From assembly GCA_916438945.1 (NCBI GenBank), contig CAKAGS010000004.1, positions 459,232 through 523,231 of the forward strand: a stretch of 64,000 nt of DNA. Direction: 5' to 3'. The position numbers and the translations under genes were made by a program. Below the pieces are notes generated by a model, which was given only the letters and a program-made list of their open reading frames with translations, ran no database searches and had not been told where the DNA came from. The DNA comes from an uncultured Actinomycetaceae bacterium (lineage in GTDB: Bacteria > Actinomycetota > Actinomycetes > Actinomycetales > Actinomycetaceae). Below, piece by piece: positions 9,429-20,186 of the stretch (position 1 is the first letter of the stretch; every line of letters begins with the position of its first letter).

Positions 9429-10334
9429 TCAGCCCTCCCCCAGGCCCGCGGGGTCCACGAGGGACAGGGCGCGCGGGGCGCGCGAAATACGCACGCTTTG
9501 ACCCCACGTGAGCGTCAGTCGGTCGGACTCCATGCCATCGCCGAACAACACGAGGGATTCGGAGGCAACGACGAGGCCGAGATCTTCGCCCTCGTCCAGG
9601 ATCCCCTCGGTGTACTCGACGCCGGTGAAGGGCGAGGGCCACGCCTCGCGCACGAACCACGCGAGGCAGCGCGAGGTCGGCGCGGGCAGGTCCCCCATGT
9701 GGCGGCCGCGCTTGAGGGAGGCTCCCCACCCGGTCGCCCCGGTCCCGGTTGAGACGACGACGCCCGAGGAGGACTGCCTCTCGACGGCGGCCCCAAGGGC
9801 CAGCTCGTAGCGGGCGCTCTGGTGGCTCGGATGCCCAATGAACACTTCGTTGAGGGCGGTGAGCGTGCGCGAGTCGTCGGCGGTTGCGCGGACCATCGTC
9901 AGCTGGTCCACCCGCAGGTCGGCGCCCGCGTCGATACGACCGAGGGCCGCAACCCCCTGGTCGGGAGTGCAACGCACGAGCACGCCGGCGTTCGACTGAG
10001 GAACCGAGTTGACGCCGACCACGGTCTGGTCGCCCGCGTATTTGGCGACGTTGGCGACCAGACCGTCGGGCCCCACGACGACGATGACGTCCTCGGGGGC
10101 GAAGAGGAAGCGCGACAGGGAGTCGCGCTCCACGTCGGCGCTCGCCCACCCATCCGGGATGCCCGCCCGCACGTGAGCCAGGGCGGCCACGTGCGACTCG
10201 TGTGCACGCTCAACGGAGGCGAGGGTGCGCCCGCGGCTGCGCAGGACGAATTCGACCTGGCCGCGCGTGGAGTAGCGGTCCATGAGCTCGTCGAACTCGG
10301 TGGGGCGTCGGACGATAACGGCGCGGCGACGCAT
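9429..10334 (-). CDS. NAD-kinase-like protein
   Basis: VVVGPDGL (GGDG-like), ALNEVFIG and SSGVVVSTGTGATGW. Confidence 0.8.
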   Translation of the reverse strand: MRRRAVIVRRPTEFDELMDRYSTRGQVEFVLRSRGRTLASVERAHESHVAALAHVRAGIPDGWASADVERDSLSRFLFAPEDVIVVVGPDGLVANVAKYAGDQTVVGVNSVPQSNAGVLVRCTPDQGVAALGRIDAGADLRVDQLTMVRATADDSRTLTALNEVFIGHPSHQSARYELALGAAVERQSSSGVVVSTGTGATGWGASLKRGRHMGDLPAPTSRCLAWFVREAWPSPFTGVEYTEGILDEGEDLGLVVASESLVLFGDGMESDRLTLTWGQSVRISRAPRALSLVDPAGLGEG

Positions 10335-10336
10335 GT

Positions 10337-11347
10337 CTACTGCCCCGCCTTCGCGGAGCCGGTGAAGGCAGCGACGAGGTCGCTGAGCACGTCGGCAGTG
10401 ATGGTGATGTTCCCGAAGGACGGCATGTTCTTCGCCATTTCCTTCAGCGCGAGGGCACGGGCCACTTCGGGCCCGGCTTGTGCGAGCGCTTGGATGTATG
10501 CGGCGTCGTTCGCGATCCTGGCGCGACCCGCAGTGTTCCAGTCAGCCTCGTATGCCTTACCTTTTTCGACGATGCGGCGAACTTCCGCTTCCACCTCGAT
10601 CGCGTCTGCTGCAGCCTTTTCTTCGGCTTCACGCCGGGCGTTGTGTCCTTCCTGATCGACGAGGTCGGCACGCTTGCGGGCCAGATCGAGCTTGGACTGC
10701 ATCTCGTTTTCGGAGATTTGGGATTCGCGTTCGACGGCGAGTGCCCGGCGCTCGTAGAGTGCGCGGTCGGCCTCGGCCTGGAGCTGTTCGAGGAGAGGAG
10801 CACGTAGGGAGGATTCGACCCCCTCGTCCGGGCGCAGGCTGAGTAGGCGAGCATCGACGACGGCAACGCCAGTGGCGCGTAGCTGATCGTCCGCCTCGAA
10901 GGCCTGCACGAGCACACGACCGACCCGCTCCAGGGAGCCACTAATTGCGTCGGTGAGCGTCATCTCTCCGATCGCCGAGGCCAGTGCGGAGAAGGCGATG
11001 CGGGTGACGGTCTCGTCAATCTGCCACAGCCCCTGGGCGTCTGCGCCCGCTTCGCGCGGGTACAGGCCGAAGTCGTAGTGCACGGCGGCAGCCTCGGCGT
11101 CTTCGATGTGGTACGTGACCGAAACCTGCGCGTTGATGTTCTGCTGGTCGGCGGTGGTCGTCTGGACGAGGAAGCTGTGGGCTCGGTTGGCGGTGGGGAC
11201 CTCCGCGAGCGCGCAGCGACCGGCTCGCAGCCAGAAGGACTGGCCAACGCCGGATCGGACGGTGCGTCCGGCGCGGATCTGGACGACGTGATCGCCGGCG
11301 CCTCCCTGGTAGCGGATGAGGAAGGGGTGGTGGTGCAGGGTTCCCAT
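10337..11347 (-). CDS. SPFH/band-7 domain protein
   Basis: TADQQ..AQVSVTYHI core followed by an Ala/Glu coiled coil (QAEADRALYERRALAVERE..I.ENE). Confidence 0.82.
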   Translation of the reverse strand: MGTLHHHPFLIRYQGGAGDHVVQIRAGRTVRSGVGQSFWLRAGRCALAEVPTANRAHSFLVQTTTADQQNINAQVSVTYHIEDAEAAAVHYDFGLYPREAGADAQGLWQIDETVTRIAFSALASAIGEMTLTDAISGSLERVGRVLVQAFEADDQLRATGVAVVDARLLSLRPDEGVESSLRAPLLEQLQAEADRALYERRALAVERESQISENEMQSKLDLARKRADLVDQEGHNARREAEEKAAADAIEVEAEVRRIVEKGKAYEADWNTAGRARIANDAAYIQALAQAGPEVARALALKEMAKNMPSFGNITITADVLSDLVAAFTGSAKAGQ

Positions 11348-11379
11348 GATGGCTCCTTGGTTGGGTGGCGAACCACTTG

Positions 11380-11434
11380 TTTATGTCAGGATGACGATAA
11401 CCCTGCAAGATATTTAATGTCAACTCGACACAAA
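11380..11434. promoter_or_regulatory. Two candidate NrtR operators in the divergent promoter
   Basis: TTTATGTC-AGGAT-GACGATAA (11380-11400) and TTAATGTC-AACTC-GACACAAA (11414-11434), both with the GT-N7-AC core of NrtR sites. Confidence 0.7.
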
Positions 11435-11451
11435 TAGGTTATGCTGACACC

Positions 11452-12207
11452 ATGACTGAACCCCTCACCATCCCCGTCGCGGTCGACATCGTCGCCTTGA
11501 CGGTCATCGAGCACACGCTCCACGCTCTCGTCGTGCGGCGCGGAATTGAGCCTTTCAAGGATCACTTGGCACTCCCCGGCGGCTTTCTGCGCGAGAACGA
11601 ACAGACCGAAGAGGCGGCAGCGCGCGAACTTGAGGAAGAAACGGGCATCACTCCGCCAGGACATCTCGAACAGCTGCGTTCCTACGGACCGGAAGGTCGC
11701 GACCCGCGCGGCCCCGTTCTCTCCGTCGCCTACCTCCTCCTCGCCCCCTCGTTCTCACCAACCCGCTCGGGCGGCGACGCCGCGGGAGCCCTCTGGCATC
11801 CCGTCGACGCCCTCCTTGCCCCCACCTCGCCCCTCGCCTTCGATCACGCGACGATCCTCGCGGACGGAGTAGAGCGAGCCCGCTCCAAGATCGAATACTC
11901 TCCCCTGGCCACATCCTTCTGTGGCCCCGAGTTCACGATCACACAGCTGCGCACCACGTACGAAGCCATCTGGGGATCGGCGCTCGACCCGCGCAACTTT
12001 CACCGCAAAGCAACAAAAACCGCATCATTTATTGAGCCGACGGGAGGCACGGTGCGCGAGGGCGCCGGGCGTCCAGCAGCGCTCTACCGCCTCGTCCCGG
12101 GCGTCGACGAAACAGCCTTTGTCCTCGACCCACCCCTGCGCCGACCACCCGCCCCAGCCCCGGCCTCGTCAATGAAGAGCGCGAGCGCGCCGAGTGCGCA
12201 AGAATAG
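11452..12207 (+). CDS. nrtR: NrtR-family Nudix transcriptional regulator
   Basis: ALPGGF, Nudix box AARELEEETG, RDPRG, LAFDH, wHTH FTITQL..DPRNFHRK..GRPAALY. Confidence 0.9.
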   Translation: MTEPLTIPVAVDIVALTVIEHTLHALVVRRGIEPFKDHLALPGGFLRENEQTEEAAARELEEETGITPPGHLEQLRSYGPEGRDPRGPVLSVAYLLLAPSFSPTRSGGDAAGALWHPVDALLAPTSPLAFDHATILADGVERARSKIEYSPLATSFCGPEFTITQLRTTYEAIWGSALDPRNFHRKATKTASFIEPTGGTVREGAGRPAALYRLVPGVDETAFVLDPPLRRPPAPAPASSMKSASAPSAQE

Positions 12208-12227
12208 CCCAGTACCGAAGGAGAACC

Positions 12228-14308
12228 ATGAACTTCCATTCCCTCTACGACCAGGGTTTTGCGCGCGTTGCCGCCGTGACCCTGCCCGTGCACCCCGCGC
12301 GTCCCTTCGAGAACGCGCGCGAGATCATCGACGCCGCCCGCGACCTGTCCGAACACGGTGTCGCCGTCGCCGTCTACCCCGAACTGTGTGTCTCCGGCTA
12401 CGCCATTGACGACCTCTTCCTGCAGGACGTGCTGCTCGATAACGTCGAGAAGGCTCTCGCCGACATCGTCGAAGCCAGCGCCGACCTGCTGCCCCTCCTC
12501 ATCGTAGGTGCACCCCTGCGCAAGGACAACGCCCTATACAACTGCGCCGTCGCCATCCACCGCGGACGCGTGCTGGCGATCGTCCCCAAGTCGCACCTGC
12601 CCAACTACCGCGAGTTCTACGAGAAGCGCCACTTCGTCACCATGCCCCCGCGCGCCTGCGAGCGCATCGAGGTGCCGTGGGGCGGCGTCGAGGAATTCAG
12701 CGGCGGCCCGGTGTGGGTTCCCTTCGGTCAGGTCCTCCTGTCCGCCGACGACGTGCCCGGCCTGACCATCGGCATCGAGATCTGCGAAGACATGTGGGTC
12801 CCCGTCACCCCGTCCACGGAGCTGGCGCTCGCGGGCGCGACCGTCCTGACGAACCTGTCTGCCTCCCCCATCACGGTGGGCCGCGGCGCGGATCGCGAGC
12901 TCATGGTGCGCTCGATCTCCTCACGCTGCTGCGCGGCCTACGTGTACACCGCGGCCGGCATGGGCGAGTCCAGCACGGACCTCGCCTGGGACGGCGAGGC
13001 CATGATTTACGAGGCCGGGGACCGCCTGGCGATTGGTGAGCGCTTCCAGGAGGGCGCGCACATCACGATCGCCGACGTGGACCTGGAGCGACTGCGCACC
13101 GAGCGCAAGCGCCAGAACTCGTTCACGGACAACGCCCAGCGTTACTTCGCGGGCGACGAGCGCATGGCCCCGCAGGAGGTCGAGTTCACGCTCGACCCGC
13201 CGCGCACCGACCTGGGCCTGGAGCGCTCCGTCAACCGCTTCCCCTTCGTCCCCAACGACCCCACGCGCCTGGAGCAGGACTGCTACGAGGCCTACAACAT
13301 TCAGGTGGCAGGCCTGGTCCAGCGCCTGCGCGCGATCGGCAACCCGAAGATCGTCATCGGCGTCTCGGGCGGCCTAGATTCGACGCACGCGCTGGTCGTG
13401 GCCGCCCGCGCGATGGACCTGCTGGGCCGTCCGCGCACGGACATCCTGTGCTACACGCTGCCCGGTTTCGCCACGTCCGAGCGCACGAAGACGAACGCGA
13501 CCCGCCTGTGCGAGTACCTGGGCACGTCCTTCCAGGAGATCGACATCCGCCCGGCGGCCACGCAGATGCTGGCCGACATCGGCCACCCCTACGGCGAGGG
13601 CGAGGCCACCTACGACGTGACCTTCGAGAACGTCCAGGCGGGCCTGCGCACCGACTACCTGTTCCGCCTGGCCAACCACCTGGGCGGCATCGTCCTGGGC
13701 ACGGGCGACCTGTCCGAGCTGGCGCTGGGCTGGTGCACGTACGGCGTGGGCGACCAGATGAGCCACTACGCGGTCAACACGGGTGTGCCCAAGACCCTCA
13801 TGCAGCACCTGATCCGCTGGGTCGTGGCTTCCAAGCAGTTTGATGATCGCGTCGGCGAGGTCCTCCTGTCGATCCTGCACACGGAAATCTCCCCCGAGCT
13901 GGTTCCCGCCAAGCCGGGCGAGAAGATGCAGTCCACGCAGGACAAGATCGGCCCCTACAACCTGCAGGACTTCACGCTGTACCACGTGCTGCGCCGCGGC
14001 GCGCGCCCCTCGAAGATCGCGTTCCTGGCCGAGAAGGCCTGGTCGGACGCCTCGGTCGGCTCCTGGCCGGTCGGCTTCCCCGAGGAGGACAAGGTCGCGT
14101 ACTCGCTCGAGGAGATCGTCAAGTGGGAGCGCCTGTTCCTGTGGCGTTTCTTCAGCCAGCAGTTCAAGCGCAGCGCCTGCCTAACGGCCCGAAGGTCATG
14201 GCCGGCGGCTCCCTGTCCCCGCGCGGGGATTGGCGTATGCCCTCGGACGTGTCGGGCGCGGATTGGGTCGCGGAGCTCGACGAGGCCGTGAAGGGCCTGG
14301 TCGACTAA
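12228..14308 (+). CDS. nadE: Glutamine-dependent NAD+ synthetase; frameshift near 14178
   Basis: [41 protein letters not shown]. The C-terminus [18 protein letters not shown] is in ORF 14123..14308. Confidence 0.95.
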
Positions 14309-15408
14309 AGCACCGAGCTTCTTGCGTCAACTACCCAGGCACGAGCGCCGGGTTTAGCGCAGACGCCGCCGGGGCCCTTGGGAGCAACGCAGACAGCAAA
14401 GCGCTGCTCCCAGGGGCCTCGACTCACACAAACGTCATTTCTCTATCAGCCATAGCACTCACCCAGTAGCAGGAGGCGACACGATGCCCATCGCTATCAA
14501 CGGAAACGTCAACGGAACTCAGATTTGGATACCCGACCACCACTGGTGGGATTACCCGTCCCTCTGGCCTCTCCCCAAGCGGCCCGAGGACGGCCAGCTC
14601 GACTGGGAGCGACTCTTCCCCCATCAGCGCGACGTTGTCCGTCGTTTTTCGTCGATCTTGCGCACGCTGTGGGGACTGCCCCCGACGCTGCCGCCGGTTC
14701 CCTACCAGCGCTTCGGAACGCCGAGTCCGCAGGGGTGGGTGATGCCCCTGCGGGAGGGCAGCCGAATCTTTCTGAAAATTGGCAAGATGAGCTGCGGTAG
14801 CTTTATCGAATCCCATCACCCCGTTCGAGGAACGGGCACATTTGCGCTGCTTGTCGACTGCGGGGGAGGCAATCCTTGGTTCGTCCTGCGCGCGGATGGC
14901 CACCCCTGGCACGACAATCCGTGCGCCAAACACACACGAGCGGCATCCATCTGGGTCAACGTTCTCGCGTGGCAATCCACGACAAAAAGAGTCCTACCTG
15001 ATAGCACGATCGACATCGCCCCCCCTGACCATCCCCGGTCGAGCACGCACCGTCTACGGTGAGCGTTACCCCGACGAGCCAACTCTCTACGGCGCTCTTG
15101 ACTCTCTGCCTGCACCGGTCGAGGAGCGCATCGAGGTAGAGGATGTCCCCGTGTGGTGGAAAGGATTACACAACCAGCTCTGGATGCACTTCCTGCGACC
15201 AGACCCCCAGAAACCAGAACGTTTCCCGTACGGAGCGAACTCGATCGACGAGGAGAATGCCTTCCAGTGCATCACCCAGTACGGATACCTCGTGAAGAAA
15301 TGGACGGAGCCCTACGAGCCTCATCCTCGTTTGGCGGCGCGCTTCGAGGAGCAGGACTGATAATGAGCCGCGAACCCGTCATGGCATATGAAGGGCCTGG
15401 TCGACTGA
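14289..15408 (+). mobile_element. 1.1-kb insertion bounded by an 18-bp direct repeat of the nadE 3' end
   Basis: TGAAGGGCCTGGTCGACT at 14289-14306 (completing TAA) and 15389-15406 (completing TGA). Confidence 0.75.
14484..15360 (+). CDS. Hypothetical Trp/Pro-rich protein (probably one gene split by a frameshift)
   Basis: AGGAGG precedes ATG 14484. ORFs 14484..15062 and 14842..15360 overlap. No family recognised. Confidence 0.55.
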
Positions 15409-15440
15409 CCTAACAGCCACTCAGAAATCCGGGCTGTTTC

Positions 15441-15476
15441 CTGAGGGGCGGTGCTCACCCGAGCACCGCCCCTCAG
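15441..15476 (+). terminator. Perfect 16-bp hairpin, probably the native nadE terminator displaced by the insert
   Basis: CTGAGGGGCGGTGCTC-ACCC-GAGCACCGCCCCTCAG. Confidence 0.7.
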
Positions 15477-15595
15477 CTTACTCGCAGTGGTCACTTCCGG
15501 GCTTCATCAGGTCATATGCTGCCCGCTCCACCTCGAAACTATGCTCGTATTCACACGCACGAGACCCTAATTTTCTGTATGGTTGCTTTTGACAG

Positions 15596-15614
15596 TTAGG
15601 TAAGCCTCGCTTTT
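15596..15614 (+). promoter_or_regulatory. DtxR/IdeR iron box
   Basis: TTAGGTAAGCCTCGCTTTT matches the first 12 positions of TWAGGTWAGSCTWACCTWA and lies upstream of the siderophore ABC genes. Confidence 0.65.
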
Positions 15615-15652
15615 CCTATTTCAGTCCCAACGCAGAAAACCTCTACGGAGAA

Positions 15653-16669
15653 ATGATGTCTCGTACGACCACCTCCCTGGCCGCCATCGCTGCCGTTGCT
15701 GCTCTCGGCCTGGCCGCATGCTCTTCCGGCGCCACCACCTCGTCCCCCCAGTCTTCCGCTTCTTCGAGCGAGACCACGCAGGCCACCCAGGCCTCGTCCG
15801 TGACGGTCGAAGCGAACGACGGCACGGTGGAGATCAAGCTGCCCGTGACCCGCGCGGCTTCCCTTGACAACCGCACCTTCGAGGTGCTGGCGCAGTGGGA
15901 CGTGCAGCTCGTCGCCGCCCCCAAGAAGCTGATCCCCACGACCATCACCGCGTTCAACGGTGAGGGCGTCGCCGACGTGGGCATGCACCGCGACCCCAAC
16001 CTGGAGGCCCTGGTCGCCGCCGAACCCGACCTCATCATCTCCGGTCAGCGCTTCTCCAAGTACGACGCTCAGATCAAGGAACTGGCGCCCGATGTCCCGC
16101 TCATCAACCTGGAGCCTCGCGAGGGCAAGCCCTTCAATGAGGAGCTCATCCGCGAGGTCACCGAGCTCGGTGAGATCTTCGGTAAGCAGGACGAAGCCAA
16201 GAAGCTCGTCGACGACTTCAACGCCTCGATCGAGCGCGCAAAGAAGGCCTACGACGGCTCCTCGACCGTCATGGCGGTCGACGTCTCCGGCGGAAACATC
16301 GGCTACGTTGCCCCCGGCAAGGGCCGCACCTGGGGCCCGGTCTTCGACCTGCTCGGCCTGAAGCCCGCCCTCGAGGTCGAGGGGTCGACCGACTCGCACA
16401 CCGGTGACGACATCTCCGTTGAGGCCATCGCCGAGGCCAACCCGGCGTGGATCTTCGTCCTCGACCGCGACGCCGCCATCACCAAGGATGGCTCGAACAC
16501 CCCGGCCGAGACCGTCATCAACGACAATGCAGCCCTGCAGAACGTCGCTGCTCTGCAGAACAAGCACCTCGTGTACGCGCCCAATGACACGTACACCAAC
16601 GAGTCCATCATCACCTACACGGAGATCTTCAACTCCATCGCGGACGCCTTCGAAGCCGCAAAGAAGTGA
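15653..16669 (+). CDS. Siderophore ABC transporter substrate-binding lipoprotein
   Basis: Lipobox LAAC, PNLEAL..AEPDLII, ISVEAIAEANP.WIFVLDRDAA. Confidence 0.9.
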   Translation: MMSRTTTSLAAIAAVAALGLAACSSGATTSSPQSSASSSETTQATQASSVTVEANDGTVEIKLPVTRAASLDNRTFEVLAQWDVQLVAAPKKLIPTTITAFNGEGVADVGMHRDPNLEALVAAEPDLIISGQRFSKYDAQIKELAPDVPLINLEPREGKPFNEELIREVTELGEIFGKQDEAKKLVDDFNASIERAKKAYDGSSTVMAVDVSGGNIGYVAPGKGRTWGPVFDLLGLKPALEVEGSTDSHTGDDISVEAIAEANPAWIFVLDRDAAITKDGSNTPAETVINDNAALQNVAALQNKHLVYAPNDTYTNESIITYTEIFNSIADAFEAAKK

Positions 16670-16727
16670 CCCTCTAACACCCACGCGGGTGCCGCCTTCC
16701 GGGGCGGCACCCGCACCCCGTTTTCTT

Positions 16728-17752
16728 ATGACGCACTCCCCACCACCGCCCCGCCCGCGGACGCGGCGCTCGAGCGCGAGGCCGCCCCGGCCTCGTCAAA
16801 ACGCCGCCCCCTGGCGCTTGCCCTGGCCACGCTCGCCGTGGCTGCACTCCTCGTCCTGTCCCTGGCGACCGGCGAATACTCGATCCTCTCCCAGGACGAC
16901 GGCTGGCAGATCTTCCTCGCCGTGCGCGTCCCGCGCACGATCGCGCTCGTCCTGTCGGGCGCCGCGATGTCGATGAGCGGCCTCGTCATGCAGCTGGTCA
17001 CCCAAAACCGCTTCGCTGAGCCCTCCACGACGGGCACGACCGAGTGGGCGGGGCTGGGCCTGCTCGTCATCATGATCGTGTGGCCGGGCGCCCCGATCCT
17101 GGTGCGCATGACCTGCGCGATCGTCTTCGCGTTCGCGGGCACGATGGTCTTTTTCGCGCTGCTGCGCCGCGTCTCCCTGCGTTCCTCGCTGCTCGTGCCG
17201 ATCATGGGCATGATGCTTGGGGCGGTCGTCTCCGCGATCTCGACGTTTGTAGCGCTCGAGACGAACACTCTGCAGAGCGTGTCCGTCTGGTTCCAGGGGT
17301 CCTTCACGTCGGTGTACGAGGGCCAGTACGAGGTCCTGTGGATCGTCACCGTCGTCGTGGCGATCGTGTTCATCATGGCGGACCGCCTGACGGCCGTCTC
17401 CCTCGGCGAGGACATCGCGATCTCCCTCGGCGTCAACTACCACCGCATGGTCCTCATCGCGACGGGGCTCGTGGCCGTGGCGACCGGCGTCGTCACCGTC
17501 GTCGTCGGATCCCTGCCGTTCTTGGGCCTCATCGTCCCCAACCTCGTGTCCATGTCGATGGGTGACAACCTGCGCACGAACCTCCCCTGGGTATGCCTGG
17601 CGGGCATTTCCCTGGTGACGGTCACGGACCTGCTGGCCCGCACGATCATCTCCCCCTTCGAGATGCCCGTGTCGGTCATCCTGGGCATCCTCGGCGCCTT
17701 CGTCTTCATCGCGCTCGTACTACGCCAGGCCAGGAAGGGAGCCGTCCTGTGA
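16728..17752 (+). CDS. Iron-chelate ABC permease (FecCD family); likely 1-nt error near the start
   Basis: RVPRTIA, QNRFAEPSTTG, SLGEDIAISLG, LPFLGLIVPN. Confidence 0.88.
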
Positions 17753-18834
17753 GCGTCATGACTTCCCCCTCACGACGCGAGGACACCTCCCCGTCCCCCG
17801 CCCCGGCCTCGTCCGCGCGCGCGAAGCGCCCCGCCCGGCGTACCGGCGCCTTCACGTCCCCGGCGGCCCGGCGCCGCTGGTGGATTCTCTTCGGGGTCGT
17901 GTGCGCGGTGGCGATCCTGGCCTGCATCGGCCTCATCGCATGGAAGAATCCCGCGCAGTTCGGCACCCCTGTGTTCTGGCGGCTCGCCCGCAGGCGCGCC
18001 TTCGCGGTCCTCGCGATCGGAATCGTCGCGGTGTGCCAGGGCATGGCGACGGTCGCCTTCCAGACGGTGGCGAACAACCGCATCATCACGCCATCAATCC
18101 TCGGGTTTGAGTCCCTGTACCGGGCGATCCACACCTCCACGATCTTCTTCCTGGGCGTCGCCGGCCTCAACGCGTCGGCGACGGTTGGCAACTTCGTCGG
18201 GCAGCTCGCCCTCATGATCGCCCTCACGCTGGTGCTCTACTCGTGGCTGCTCACCTCGCAGCGGGCCTCAATGCACGCGATGCTCCTCATCGGCGTCATG
18301 CTTGGCGCGGGCCTCGGCTCGATCTCCACCTTCATGCAGCGCCTGCTCACGCCCTCGGAGTTCGACGTGCTCACCGCGCGCCTCTTCGGGTCGATCGCCA
18401 ACGCCCAGAAGGAGTATTTCCCCATCGCGATTCCCCTCGTCGCGGCCGCGGCCATCGCCCTCGTGCTACTTACGCGCCAGCTGTCGGTGCTGTCGCTCGG
18501 CCGCGAGACGGCCACCAACCTGGGCCTGAACCACCGGCGTACGTCCGTGCTCGTCCTCGTCCTGGTGTCGATCCTCATGGCCACGTCGACAGCGCTCGTG
18601 GGCCCCATGACCTTCCTCGGGTTCCTCGTCGCGACGCTGGCCTACCAGTTCTCAGACACGCACGATCACCGATACATCTTCGCGATGTCCGTCGCCCTGG
18701 GCGCAGCGATCCTGGCCAGCGCGTACTTCGTCATGAATCACGTATTCAATACGCAGGGCGTTGTCTCCATCATCATCGAGTTCGTCGGCGGACTCGCGTT
18801 CATCGTCACTATCTTGCGGAAGGGCCGCCTGTGA
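17749..18834 (+). CDS. Iron-chelate ABC permease (FecCD family)
   Basis: FQTVANNRIITPSILGFE, LGRETATNLG, VGPMTFLG. GTGA overlap with the preceding gene. Confidence 0.9.
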   Translation: MSVMTSPSRREDTSPSPAPASSARAKRPARRTGAFTSPAARRRWWILFGVVCAVAILACIGLIAWKNPAQFGTPVFWRLARRRAFAVLAIGIVAVCQGMATVAFQTVANNRIITPSILGFESLYRAIHTSTIFFLGVAGLNASATVGNFVGQLALMIALTLVLYSWLLTSQRASMHAMLLIGVMLGAGLGSISTFMQRLLTPSEFDVLTARLFGSIANAQKEYFPIAIPLVAAAAIALVLLTRQLSVLSLGRETATNLGLNHRRTSVLVLVLVSILMATSTALVGPMTFLGFLVATLAYQFSDTHDHRYIFAMSVALGAAILASAYFVMNHVFNTQGVVSIIIEFVGGLAFIVTILRKGRL

Positions 18835-19586
18835 TCTCCATCGATTCCGTCGTCAAGCAGTACTCGCCGTCGGTGCGCATCGGCGAGGTCTCCCTCGACA
18901 TCCCCACGGGTGGCATCACGGCGCTCGTGGGCCCCAACGGCGCGGGCAAATCCACGATCCTCACCATGGTCGGGCGCCTCCTCGGCATCGACGAGGGCAC
19001 GATCGAGGTCGGCGGCCTCAACGTGGCCACGACGAAGTCCTCCGAGCTGGCGCGCACCCTGTCGATCCTGCGCCAGGAGAACCACTTCATCTCGCGCCTC
19101 ACGGTGCGTCAGCTGGTGGGTTTCGGGCGTTTCCCCCACTCGAAGGGCCGCCTGAGCGCGGAGGATGAGGCGATCATCGACCGCTACATCGGCTTCCTCG
19201 ACCTGGAGGAGCTCGAGGGGCGCTACCTGGACCAGCTCTCGGGCGGCCAGCGTCAGCGCGCCTACGTCGCGATGGTGCTCGCCCAGGAGACGGAGTACGT
19301 CCTGCTGGACGAGCCCCTCAACAACCTGGACATCGCGCGCAGCGTCGAAATGATGCGGATGCTGGAGCGGGCGGCCCGCGAGTTTTCGCGCACGATCGTC
19401 ATCGTCCTGCACGACATCAACTTCGCGGCGCGCTACGCCTCCCAGATCTGCGCGCTCAAGGACGGACAGGTCGCCTTCATGGGCACGCCCGAGGAGATCA
19501 TGCGCGACGAGGTCCTCACCGACATCTTCGACACCCCCGTCACCGTCGTACCGGGCCCCAACGGCCCGATCGCCTGCTACTTCTGA
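18831..19586 (+). CDS. Iron-chelate ABC ATPase
   Basis: GPNGAGKS, LSGGQRQR, LLDEPLNNLD, LHDIN. Confidence 0.93.
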   Translation: MISIDSVVKQYSPSVRIGEVSLDIPTGGITALVGPNGAGKSTILTMVGRLLGIDEGTIEVGGLNVATTKSSELARTLSILRQENHFISRLTVRQLVGFGRFPHSKGRLSAEDEAIIDRYIGFLDLEELEGRYLDQLSGGQRQRAYVAMVLAQETEYVLLDEPLNNLDIARSVEMMRMLERAAREFSRTIVIVLHDINFAARYASQICALKDGQVAFMGTPEEIMRDEVLTDIFDTPVTVVPGPNGPIACYF

Positions 19587-19720
19587 GCGGGGCTGGCTCG
19601 GGCGCACCGCTTGGCCGCCGCTCGCCGCTGCGTTCGCGGCGACGAGGCCGGGGCCGGGTAGAATGGGCGCGCGGCCCTTAGTGAAACGGCCGTGAAACGC
19701 TTATCTTTCGAGGGGTTCCC

Positions 19721-20077
19721 GTGCACGTCGGACTAATCGTCCTCTTTCTGATTCTCGCCGTCGCTCTCATCGCAGGTGGCCTCTACCTGTTCGCGTCGGG
19801 CCTGACCGCGCGCGCCGGCGTGTGCCGCCCTCCCCTGGGGCTGCGCCTGGCAGGCGTCACCCCCGGCTCGCAGGAATGGGAGCGCGCCCACCGCGCCGCC
19901 TGGCCCATCCTCTTCGGCGGCGGCGTCCTGGGCACCGCCCACGGCATCGCCCTAGCCGCCACGACCTTCATGGACGCGCGCATCTCCGTGCCCATCGTCT
20001 TCGTCGTCTCTGGGCTCATCGTCGAGGCCGGCCTCTGGCTGGTCGCGAAGGGCGCCGGAAAGGCGTCGCTGACGTAA
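19721..20077 (+). CDS. Small membrane protein, SdpI/YfhL-like
   Basis: TM helices and the G.R.....SQEWERAHRAA pattern. Confidence 0.55.
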   Translation: MHVGLIVLFLILAVALIAGGLYLFASGLTARAGVCRPPLGLRLAGVTPGSQEWERAHRAAWPILFGGGVLGTAHGIALAATTFMDARISVPIVFVVSGLIVEAGLWLVAKGAGKASLT

Positions 20078-20186
20078 CGCTTCGCGGGGCGCCGCCGCCC
20101 CGTCCGCTCCGCGCGGATACGACAAACGGGCCCCGGCCTCGTGCATCACCTCACGAGGACGGGGCCCGCCGCACAGTGTCGGAGCC

